From Verrucomicrobiia bacterium (GTDB lineage: Bacteria > Desulfobacterota > Binatia > UBA9968), in assembly GCA_035495775.1 (NCBI GenBank), contig DATJFG010000133.1:10178-74177 (forward strand): DNA of 64,000 bases. The letters run 5' to 3'. A program made the position numbers and the translations under genes. Below are positions 18,332 to 26,286 of this stretch, in pieces. Position 1 is the stretch's first letter; every line of letters starts with the position of its first letter. A model generated the notes under the pieces. That model was not told where the DNA came from. It worked only from the letters and a program-made list of their open reading frames with translations, and made no database searches.

Positions 18332-18729
18332 ACGACCGCCATCCCTTCGAGCTCGACCATCGCTCCGGCCTCATAGAGGCTTTTCACTTCGACCAAAGTC
18401 ATGGCGGGAAAATGCTTGCCCATGTGCCTCCGGTAAATCTGGCCCAGCTCTTTGCCCGCGGCGAGATAGCGTTCTTTGTCGGTAACGTAGAGATTCAGTT
18501 TGACGATGTTCTCCGCCTGGCCGCCGGCTTCCGTCACCACCGCCAGAAGATTGGCCATCGCCTGATCGAACTGCGCAACGATATCTTCGCCGCCGACAAG
18601 CCTGCCTTCTTTGTCCCAGGCGACCTGGCCGCCGAGAAAGACAAGCGAGGATGCACCGGAGACTTTGAAGCCGTGATTGTAACCTCGCGGGGGCGCGAGT
18701 GTTTGCGGGTTGACGATCGCGATCTGCAC
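18328..18729 (-). CDS. RidA/YjgF/TdcF reactive-intermediate deaminase family protein
   Basis: 133 aa; typical RidA length and conserved C-terminal signature region. Confidence 0.8.
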   Translation of the reverse strand: MQIAIVNPQTLAPPRGYNHGFKVSGASSLVFLGGQVAWDKEGRLVGGEDIVAQFDQAMANLLAVVTEAGGQAENIVKLNLYVTDKERYLAAGKELGQIYRRHMGKHFPAMTLVEVKSLYEAGAMVELEGMAVV

Positions 18730-18781
18730 GATTTCTGCTCGTTTACTCGGCGGCTTGGTTCGGTGTCCCTGGAGCGGGGCT

Positions 18782-19276
18782 TCAGGTCATCTGGATTATT
18801 TTTTCGATCGCGCCGAGGAGTCGCTCATGCTTTTCGCTGTCGAGAATGAGCGCGTCGAGCAGGGCGCCGAAAAATTCGCTCTCTTCGGGCGGAGTCCGGC
18901 TCTTCAGCTCGCGGCACGCCGTGATCGTTTCACGCTCGTGTTCCTGGAGTTTGCGCATGTGGCGGGCGAGCTCGTAGGGATCGACCACCCACGGCAGGGC
19001 GTTCTTCCGCCGATTTTTCATGCGCAGGTACTTGGCCATCATGCGTAGTAGCCCATGATGCCGCTCTTCGTCGTGCAAGATGATATCGATGAGAAAACGC
19101 GCCGGGCCGCTCTCGATGGGGCCGGCAAGCTTGCGGTATTCCTCCATGATGCCTGTCTCGGTCTCGACGTGCTGATCGAGACAAGCCGCGCAAAGCTCGC
19201 GGCTATTATCAAGCGGAACGGCTGGTCGGCTCGGTTCGGCTAGCGTGGACTTACCACGCGGTTCGGAAGTTTTCAT
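18782..19276 (-). CDS. hypothetical ferritin-like protein, paralog of the 8521-9018 product
   Basis: ExxH motifs HDEERHHGLL and DSEKHERLLG; RBS GGAGGTG. Confidence 0.45.
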   Translation of the reverse strand: MKTSEPRGKSTLAEPSRPAVPLDNSRELCAACLDQHVETETGIMEEYRKLAGPIESGPARFLIDIILHDEERHHGLLRMMAKYLRMKNRRKNALPWVVDPYELARHMRKLQEHERETITACRELKSRTPPEESEFFGALLDALILDSEKHERLLGAIEKIIQMT

Positions 19277-19292
19277 GAAACACCTCCGGAAA

Positions 19293-19559
19293 TTACTCTT
19301 CGCTGATGCAATTGGCGGGACAGCCTTTCCGCTCCGGCCAGCGGGTGCATGCGTTTACGCGCAGAGCCGGAGCGCCGACGAGCGCGGATCGCGCGGCATA
19401 CGAGGCGTCGATGCGTATCTCGGCCAGCCCATGGGTCTCGGGACAAGTGACGACGCGCCGTCTGCCATAACGCCGGTAGGTATCGGCGGCGACGGGGAGA
19501 AGCACGTAGAGCAGTCCAACGGCGGCAATCGCCGTGATCGTCAGAAGCGGTGTCTCCAT
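19293..19559 (-). CDS. small membrane-anchored Cys-containing protein (possible zinc-ribbon/anti-sigma-like)
   Basis: N-terminal TM helix LLTITAIAAVGLLYVLLPV; CPETHG...NAC...KGCPANC cysteines; AGGAGG RBS 6 nt before the second ATG. Confidence 0.35.
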   Translation of the reverse strand: METPLLTITAIAAVGLLYVLLPVAADTYRRYGRRRVVTCPETHGLAEIRIDASYAARSALVGAPALRVNACTRWPERKGCPANCISEE

Positions 19560-19765
19560 GAGCATCCTCCTGTGCTTTGCGCGATCTCCTTAAATGGGCG
19601 AGCAAAACAAAGGCCAAGACATTCGGCATCGCTTTGCTGCGGGGGCGATGCCTTTCGTCTGTGAGCATTCTCAAGACTGCAAAGAAGGAGAAATTTTTTA
19701 TTGGATTTGAGAACGAAAAGTTCGAAAAATACTGCCGCGATGCAGCCGTTGCGGGCGTTTTTTGA

Positions 19766-19781
19766 TGGCATATGCCTTGCT
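19766..19781 (+). promoter_or_regulatory. sigma54 promoter TGGCAT-atgcc-TTGCT
   Basis: Exact consensus spacing; 54 nt upstream of the LTxxQ protein gene. Confidence 0.6.
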
Positions 19782-19834
19782 GAATTTACTTTGTGTATTC
19801 TGCGATTGAACTCGATAAGCGAAGGGGAAAGGTT

Positions 19835-20095
19835 ATGAGAAAATTACATTGGCCGATACCTGTTGTTGGAGTCTTTGTCGCGGCGCTGGCGACAGCCCAG
19901 GAGCCCACTTCAAAACCGCCGGAAAATCAAGGAACGCCGCAGGGCATGATGCGCGACGGCGGGCCGATGCGCGACATGAGCGCGATGATGGAGATGATGC
20001 GGACGATGACTCCCGAGCAGCGGGCGAAGATGGTTGAACACTGCCGCGAGATGATGGAAGCCGCGGCGGCAACGACATCACAGGCGGAGAAATAG
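19835..20095 (+). CDS. small periplasmic Met-rich LTxxQ-motif protein (Spy/CpxP/ZraP/CnrX-like)
   Basis: Signal peptide MRKLHWPIPVVGVFVAALATAQE; MTPEQRAKM LTxxQ-like motif; Met-rich segment; good RBS. Confidence 0.45.
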   Translation: MRKLHWPIPVVGVFVAALATAQEPTSKPPENQGTPQGMMRDGGPMRDMSAMMEMMRTMTPEQRAKMVEHCREMMEAAAATTSQAEK

Positions 20096-20101
20096 TCCGA
20101 C

Positions 20102-21205
20102 ATGCATTTTGAAACGAGCGAAGTGTCCGACACCGAACGCGCCGCGAGTCGATTCGTCCATTCGCGCGCGCCGCTTTTAATCTATTGGGAACTTACGCGG
20201 GCGTGCGATCTCGCATGCCGGCATTGCCGCGCAGAGGCGATCGCGCAGCGCGACGCTCGCGAGCTCGATACTTTCGAAGCGATGGCGCTGCTCGAGAAAA
20301 TCCGCTCGTTCAGCGAGCACGGAGTCCACGTGGTGCTGACAGGCGGCGATCCGCTCAAACGTCCGGATCTCTGCACGCTCATCGAGCATGGCGCCAAGAT
20401 AGGGTTAGCGGTGTCGATCGCGCCAAGCAGCACGAATCTGCTCACGCGCGAAGTCTTCCAGCGCTTCAAGGACTCGGGCGTGGAAAGTTTGAGCCTGAGC
20501 CTCGACGGCTCGACGGCCGAAAAGCACGAAGAGATACGCGGCGTCCCCGGCTGCTTCGGCAGAACGCTCGACGCCGCGTGGGACGCTCTCCGCGCCGGTC
20601 TCCGCCTTCAGGTCAATACTTTGGTGACGGCCGAAACGCTGGAGGACCTCGACGAGACTTATGGACTGCTAAAGCATCTTCCGCTGATGCGGTGGAAACT
20701 CTTCACGTTGATCGGCGTTGGAAGGGGACGCACGCTGAAGGAGCCGTCGCCGGAACAATGCGAGGCGCTGCACCACTGGCTTTGCGATGTTTCGAAAGAT
20801 TCCCCGTTTCCTGTTGCGACCACCGAAGCGCCGCATTTTCGCCGCGTCGCCCTGACTCGGATGCGTGAGCGCGGCATGCCGATGGCGAAGATTGAAAAAA
20901 CGCCGGTCGGAAGAGGGTTCGGCATCCGGGACGGCAATGGAATTCTTTTCATCTCGCACAGCGGCCATGTTTATCCATCCGGGTTTCTGCCGCTTGCCGC
21001 GGGCAACGTGCGCAACTCAGACGTGACCGACCTTTATCGCTTTTCGAAATTGTTCCGCAACTTGCGCTCCACGCGGTTGTACAAAGGGAAATGCGGCCGC
21101 TGCGAGTTCAGAGAAATCTGCGGCGGCTCCCGCGCGCGCGCTTATGCGCGCCATGGCGATCCGCTTGAAAGCGATCCGCTCTGCGCGTACGAGCCCGTTC
21201 ACTAA
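20102..21205 (+). CDS. radical SAM enzyme with C-terminal SPASM domain
   Basis: CDLACRHC CxxxCxxC near N-terminus; C-terminal Cys cluster CGRCEFREICGG...C typical of SPASM auxiliary clusters; 367 aa. Confidence 0.8.
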   Translation: MHFETSEVSDTERAASRFVHSRAPLLIYWELTRACDLACRHCRAEAIAQRDARELDTFEAMALLEKIRSFSEHGVHVVLTGGDPLKRPDLCTLIEHGAKIGLAVSIAPSSTNLLTREVFQRFKDSGVESLSLSLDGSTAEKHEEIRGVPGCFGRTLDAAWDALRAGLRLQVNTLVTAETLEDLDETYGLLKHLPLMRWKLFTLIGVGRGRTLKEPSPEQCEALHHWLCDVSKDSPFPVATTEAPHFRRVALTRMRERGMPMAKIEKTPVGRGFGIRDGNGILFISHSGHVYPSGFLPLAAGNVRNSDVTDLYRFSKLFRNLRSTRLYKGKCGRCEFREICGGSRARAYARHGDPLESDPLCAYEPVH

Positions 21206-21364
21206 ACGGCTGCGATAAGTCCGCAGTTCCGTTCTTCTAAGCCTGTTCCAGAAACTAGGACAGCGCCTTACATGCTTTCTCATTTTTGCGAAATTGGAAA
21301 CTGGCCTACGCCTATAAGCCCGTGTTTTTATACGCAATCTTGACAATTTTTGGATCCTCTTCGC

Positions 21365-21380
21365 TGGCATGAAAGGTGCT
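21365..21380 (+). promoter_or_regulatory. possible sigma54 promoter variant TGGCAT-gaaag-GTGCT upstream of split PFOR
   Basis: GG and GC dinucleotides at correct spacing, but -12 is GTGC not TTGC; overlaps the first ATG of the track ORF. Confidence 0.35.
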
Positions 21381-21401
21381 TTGAAAAGTCATGAGAAAAT
21401 T

Positions 21402-23390
21402 ATGAAGACAAGTCTTAAAACGCTAATCGCCTCTAATCATCCTATGCTTCGTTTTCCCGGCATCGCCACGACCGCCGATGGATCCGAAGCCGTCGTCTGG
21501 GTTGAGACGCAAATCAGCCAGGGAGCGTGCGCTTATCCCATCACACCCTCGACGTTGATGGGCGGCGCTTATCAGGTTGCCGTCGCCAATGGTCAAAGGA
21601 ATTTATGGGGTGAGCCGCTGAGCTTTCTCGAGCTCGAATCCGAGCACAGTTCCGCGAGCACCTGCGAAGGGTTCGCGCTCGCAGGCGGCCGCGTGACGAA
21701 CTTCACTTCGGGGCAGGGCTTAATTTTGATGAAGGAAGTCCTGTATGTCATTTCCGGCAAGCGGTTGCCGGTTGTCTTTCACATCGGCGCGCGCGCTTTG
21801 ACTTCGCAGTCGCTGAACATTCACGCGGGTCACGACGACGTCATGGGCGTGTCGGACTGCGGTTGGGGCATGCTGTTTGGCCGCAATGCGCAGGAAGCGG
21901 CGGACCTCGCGTTAATCGCGCGCCGCGCGGCGGAGGAATCTGCGACGCCTTTCTTCAACGTGCAGGATGGATTTTTAACCACGCACACAATCGAGAGTCT
22001 TTTGCTCCCTGAACCGGATCTCATGAAGGAATTTATCGGCGAGCCGAGGAACCTCTGGAATCTGATGGACCCGAGCCGGCCGGTGATGAGCGGCGTCGTA
22101 CAAAACCAAGACAGCTACATGAAGGGAAAGATTGCGCAGCGGACATTCTACGATCGTCTGCCGGAAATTATCGATCGCGTGATGGCGGGCTTCACCGAGC
22201 TTACCGGCCGTCGCTATGGACTTATCGACGGGCACCGCCTCGATGACGCCGACTACGCGCTGGTCGGTATGGGAAGCATGCTGGAGACTGCCGCGGCAAC
22301 GGCGGATTTTCTCCGGGAGCGCGATGGAATCAAGCTCGGCACGCTGCACGTCAGCTGCTTCCGGCCGTTTCCCGGGCCGCAGATCGTAGCGGCGCTCAAA
22401 CATCTGAAGGCGATCGCCGTCATCGAGCGGCTCGATAATCCGACGGCGCAATCGAATCCGCTGGCGGCGGAGATCAAAGCTGCGTTCGCCGACGCGCTCT
22501 CAGGCGCGCCGGGTTATCCGAAGATCGACCGCGCCCCGGCGGTTTACTCCGGCTCTGCCGGTCTCGGCGGCCGCGATGTCAGACCGGCCGACTTTATCGC
22601 CGTCGCAAGACACATCGCGAGCGGCGCGAAGCGGCGCTTCTTTGTCCTCGGCATCAAGCATGACCTGGCTCTGCTTCCTGAAGGCGAAGCGGATGTCCGG
22701 CCCGATGGCGCCTTCTCGATGCGCGGTCACTCGATCGGCGGCTACGGCTCGGTTACGACCAACCGCATCATCGCCGCGGTCGTCGGCAATCTCTCGGGTT
22801 TACGCGTCCAGGCCTATCCGCTTTACGGATCGGAAAAAAAAGGGCTGCCGACGACCTATTATCTGACCGTCGCGGACCAACCGATTCTCGTTCACGCGGA
22901 GATGAGCGCGGCGGATTTTGTTCCGTTGAACAACACCGATGCGTTTCGCATCGGCGATCCCGTCGCCGGCGTCCGGTCCGGCGGCGCGATTTTCCTGCAG
23001 CACGCGAGCCGCGACCCGAGACAGGTGTGGGCGGCTATCCCCAAGGAGGCTCAGGAAACGATCCGGCGAAAGGAGATACGCGTCCTTGCGCTCGACGCAG
23101 TCAAGATCGCGCAAGAGGTCGCGACCAAGCCCGAGCTGGCGCAGCGCATGCAAGGCATCGTCCTGCTCGGAGTATTTCTCCGCGTCGCGCCGTTCCTCGC
23201 GCGCTTGAAGCTGAGTGAGGCCGAGACTTCCGCCGCCGTCGAAAAGGCGCTGAGGAAATTCTTCGCCAAGCAGAGCGAAGCGGTCATTCAAGACAACCTG
23301 AAAGCGGTCCGCCGCGGCGGCGAAGAGGTTTTCGAAATCCCGCGGGAAATTATCGAGACGGAGAGTAACAGCAATGGCAATTCGAATTGA
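21402..23390 (+). CDS. 2-oxoacid:ferredoxin oxidoreductase, alpha+gamma domain protein (PFOR domains I, II, III)
   Basis: YPITPST motif, domain II, C-terminal gamma domain GGYGSVTTN. Start uncertain (21369, 21402 or 21444). Confidence 0.8.
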   Translation: MKTSLKTLIASNHPMLRFPGIATTADGSEAVVWVETQISQGACAYPITPSTLMGGAYQVAVANGQRNLWGEPLSFLELESEHSSASTCEGFALAGGRVTNFTSGQGLILMKEVLYVISGKRLPVVFHIGARALTSQSLNIHAGHDDVMGVSDCGWGMLFGRNAQEAADLALIARRAAEESATPFFNVQDGFLTTHTIESLLLPEPDLMKEFIGEPRNLWNLMDPSRPVMSGVVQNQDSYMKGKIAQRTFYDRLPEIIDRVMAGFTELTGRRYGLIDGHRLDDADYALVGMGSMLETAAATADFLRERDGIKLGTLHVSCFRPFPGPQIVAALKHLKAIAVIERLDNPTAQSNPLAAEIKAAFADALSGAPGYPKIDRAPAVYSGSAGLGGRDVRPADFIAVARHIASGAKRRFFVLGIKHDLALLPEGEADVRPDGAFSMRGHSIGGYGSVTTNRIIAAVVGNLSGLRVQAYPLYGSEKKGLPTTYYLTVADQPILVHAEMSAADFVPLNNTDAFRIGDPVAGVRSGGAIFLQHASRDPRQVWAAIPKEAQETIRRKEIRVLALDAVKIAQEVATKPELAQRMQGIVLLGVFLRVAPFLARLKLSEAETSAAVEKALRKFFAKQSEAVIQDNLKAVRRGGEEVFEIPREIIETESNSNGNSN

Positions 23391-25002
23391 CGGTGTTTCA
23401 GGCGAACCGTTTACGGTCGATGATTCGACCGTCGCGTCGCCTTTTGGTGATCTCGATAGCTTCGCCGAGGATTTTAGCCGCGATATCGTCGGCGCCTATC
23501 AGCGCGGGCAAGCCTCGGCGGCGCTTCCCGCGGACGCAGCCCTCGCCCGCAGCTTGATCCCGCCGGGGACGGCCGCGCTGCGCGATTTCAGCTACATCGC
23601 GCCTGACATTCCCGTATTCAATTCAGATCGCTGCGTCGGCTGCATGGCGTGCGTGACGGAATGTCCCGACACGGCCATCCTGGCCAAGGCCATCCCCGCG
23701 ACTCGCGTCGCCGACGGGTTAAGCGCGATCCGCGACAAGGAAGAGCGCTTCCGTGTCGCCGCGCACTGGACCGTGACGCGGAAGTATCACGAGCTGCCGC
23801 TGAAGCAGGGTCGCGAGAGCGCGCTGTTCGGCTTGTTTATCGATCCGACCAAATGCAAGGGCTGCGGCGAATGCGTCGCGGTTTGCGATGCGCTCGATTT
23901 TCACGCGCTTGAGATGGTCAAAAAAGACGATGCCACGCTGCCGCGTTATCAAAAGGCCTTCGATTTTTTTACCAATATCGGACCCACGCCCAAAGAATAC
24001 ATCAACGAGCGGGCGCTCGCCGATTTCATGCTCGACGAAACGGCGGCGCGGCTTTACACCGGCGGCTCGGGCTCCTGCATGGGCTGCGGCGAAGGCACGG
24101 CGATCCGCATGATGCTGGCTGCCGGCGGGTTCGTTTACGGCGCGGAAAAGCTCGCCATCGTGGCGGCGACCGGATGCAACACCGTCTGCGCCTCGACTTA
24201 TCCGTACAATCCGTATCGTGTGCCATGGACGAACTCGCTGTTCGAAAACGCGCCCGCGGTGGCGATGGGCGTGCGCGCGCGGTGGGATCAACTGGGCTGG
24301 GCGGACAAACGGCTGTGGGTCATCGGCGGCGACGGCGCGATGTACGACATCGGCTTTCAGAGCCTCAGCCGCCTGTTGGCGAGCGGCATGGACATCAAGG
24401 TCCTCGTCCTCGATACGCAAGTCTACTCGAATACCGGCGGGCAAGCCTCGACGAGCACGTTTTTGGGTCAGGAAGCGAAGATGGCGAGCTTCGGTAAGTC
24501 GCTTCAGGGTAAGCGCGAGCACCGAAAGGAATTCGCCCAAATCTGCATGATGCATCCCGACGTTTACGTCGCCCAGACGACGCCGGCGCATATCAATCAC
24601 TTTTACAAAGCCGTGCTCGAGGCGAATGAATTTCCCGGTCCGGCGGTTATCAATGTCTACGCCACGTGCCAGCCTGAGCACGGCGTTGCCGATGATCTAG
24701 GGGCGAGCCATGCGAAGCTCGCCGTGGAATCGCGCGCCTTTCCGCTTTTTATCTACGATCCGCGCAAGGGCGAAAAGATCAGCGAGCGCCTTAGCCTCGT
24801 CGGCAATCCTGCTCAGAAAGAGGATTGGTGGACGCCTCCGAACGCCGGCCAGCCGCTCACGTTCGTCGATTTCGCCCAACGCCAGGGACGCTTCGCGAAA
24901 CATTTTGACGCCGACGGGCGGCCGTCGGAAATGGTGAAGCGCGCGCAGGCCGATCGCGTGGAGAACTGGCGCCGCTTGCAGGAGCTCGCGGGTATCCGAT
25001 GA
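23374..25002 (+). CDS. 2-oxoacid:ferredoxin oxidoreductase, delta (2x[4Fe-4S]) + beta (TPP-binding) domain protein
   Basis: CVGCMACVTECP and CKGCGECVAVCD ferredoxin motifs, then TPP-binding GDG...N region (VIGGDGAMYDIGFQSL). Confidence 0.85.
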   Translation: MAIRIDGVSGEPFTVDDSTVASPFGDLDSFAEDFSRDIVGAYQRGQASAALPADAALARSLIPPGTAALRDFSYIAPDIPVFNSDRCVGCMACVTECPDTAILAKAIPATRVADGLSAIRDKEERFRVAAHWTVTRKYHELPLKQGRESALFGLFIDPTKCKGCGECVAVCDALDFHALEMVKKDDATLPRYQKAFDFFTNIGPTPKEYINERALADFMLDETAARLYTGGSGSCMGCGEGTAIRMMLAAGGFVYGAEKLAIVAATGCNTVCASTYPYNPYRVPWTNSLFENAPAVAMGVRARWDQLGWADKRLWVIGGDGAMYDIGFQSLSRLLASGMDIKVLVLDTQVYSNTGGQASTSTFLGQEAKMASFGKSLQGKREHRKEFAQICMMHPDVYVAQTTPAHINHFYKAVLEANEFPGPAVINVYATCQPEHGVADDLGASHAKLAVESRAFPLFIYDPRKGEKISERLSLVGNPAQKEDWWTPPNAGQPLTFVDFAQRQGRFAKHFDADGRPSEMVKRAQADRVENWRRLQELAGIR

Positions 25003-25012
25003 GGAAATACCG

Positions 25013-25822
25013 ATGACCGCCGCCGAATTCATCAACCGCTTTGTTCTTGCCCGCTCGGCCTATCGGCGCCGCGATACCGAGGCGGCCGAAGCGGCGCATG
25101 CGCATCACCATCTCGAACTATCGCTCTATGAGACCGGGCGGCACGGCCAGCATTTGGCCGACGCGGTGCTCGGGGCGACCGACGGCGTCGTCACAACCTT
25201 CGCAGTCGTCGCCGGCGCAGCGGGCGCGCACCTCTCCTCGGGTGTCGTCCTCATCATGGGCTTTGCCAATCTTTTAGCCGACGGCCTGTCCATGGCGATC
25301 GGCAATTATCTCGGCGCTCGTTCGCAGCGCGATTTCTGGCGCGAGGAACGCGAACGGGAAATCTGGGAGATCGAGCAAATTCCCGAGGCGGAGCGTGAAG
25401 AGATCCGCCGGCACTACCGCCGCAAAGGCTTCGAAGGGGATTTTCTCGAACACGCGGTCGGCCTCATCACGTCCGATAAAGAGCGCTGGCTCGATGAAAT
25501 GATGCGCGAAGAGCTCGGCATCCGCGAAGAAAAGACCGCGCCGGGCATGAGCGGTATCGTCACGTTCGCGGCATTTTCGCTGGTCGGCCTTCTGCCTCTG
25601 ATCTCTTACACGATTGCGTTCTTCTATGCCGATTTTCTGAGGAGCGCGTTTACAGTGTCGATTGCTCTTACGGCCGGCGCGTTGTTCGCCGTCGGCGCGG
25701 CGCGCTGCTTCATTACGCGCCGTACCTGGTGGCGGAGCGGCTTCGAAATCCTCGCATTGGGCGGCGCCGCCGCTCTGTGCGCGTACGCCGTCGGCTATTT
25801 TTTGCAGGCTTTGGTTGGCTGA
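25013..25822 (+). CDS. VIT1/CCC1 (vacuolar iron transporter) family membrane protein
   Basis: Conserved GATDGVVTTFAVVAG and second half LVGLLPLI TM blocks; 269 aa. Confidence 0.7.
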   Translation: MTAAEFINRFVLARSAYRRRDTEAAEAAHAHHHLELSLYETGRHGQHLADAVLGATDGVVTTFAVVAGAAGAHLSSGVVLIMGFANLLADGLSMAIGNYLGARSQRDFWREEREREIWEIEQIPEAEREEIRRHYRRKGFEGDFLEHAVGLITSDKERWLDEMMREELGIREEKTAPGMSGIVTFAAFSLVGLLPLISYTIAFFYADFLRSAFTVSIALTAGALFAVGAARCFITRRTWWRSGFEILALGGAAALCAYAVGYFLQALVG

Positions 25823-25835
25823 AAAGGAGAGCTCT

Positions 25836-26171
25836 ATGACCGTCGAAACGACTGCGGCAACGCCGCTCAGCTTAAGAGAGCATCTTTGGATGGCGCTCGT
25901 CGTCGGGTTTTTGCTGCTCGTCTCGATCGCCTGGACACGGCTGGCGGTGAATGCGTCCGAAGGGCCGCAAAAGAGCGACGGTTATGTCCGGCGCGAGAAA
26001 AAGCCGGTGCTCTCGCCCGCGCTTTTCGTCGGCCAGACGGCGAAGGCCTACCGCATCGCGCAGGAGATTCCCGATGTTCTCGACCAGCTCTACTGTTATT
26101 GCGAATGCGACAGGCACCTCGGGCATAAGAGCCTGCTCTCGTGTTTCACCGATGATCACGGCGCCGGCTGA
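25836..26171 (+). CDS. PCYCGC-motif membrane-anchored protein. The ORF ends at an in-frame TGA and may continue to 26279 as a selenoprotein.
   Basis: TM helix then YCYCECDRHLGHKSLLSCFTDDHGAG; TGA at 26169. The downstream in-frame peptide VNICQGEALDASQMLKQGYSIKQIRAEIDKKYARR runs to TAA at 26277. Confidence 0.55.
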   Translation: MTVETTAATPLSLREHLWMALVVGFLLLVSIAWTRLAVNASEGPQKSDGYVRREKKPVLSPALFVGQTAKAYRIAQEIPDVLDQLYCYCECDRHLGHKSLLSCFTDDHGAG

Positions 26172-26286
26172 GTGAACATCTGCCAAGGAGAGGCGCTGGA
26201 TGCGTCTCAAATGTTGAAGCAGGGCTACAGCATCAAGCAGATTCGCGCCGAGATCGATAAGAAATACGCCCGGCGCTAAAATAAAC

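Noticed and set aside
19245-19664. 139-aa plus-strand ORF
   Set aside because: Low-complexity translation. The minus strand instead carries two genes with good RBSs (18782-19276 and 19293-19559).
19835-21205. RiPP precursor plus maturase interpretation of the small protein and SPASM radical SAM pair
   Set aside because: The small protein has a canonical Sec signal peptide and an LTxxQ periplasmic-chaperone-like motif rather than a leader/core peptide organisation. Kept only as a weaker hypothesis of protein modification.
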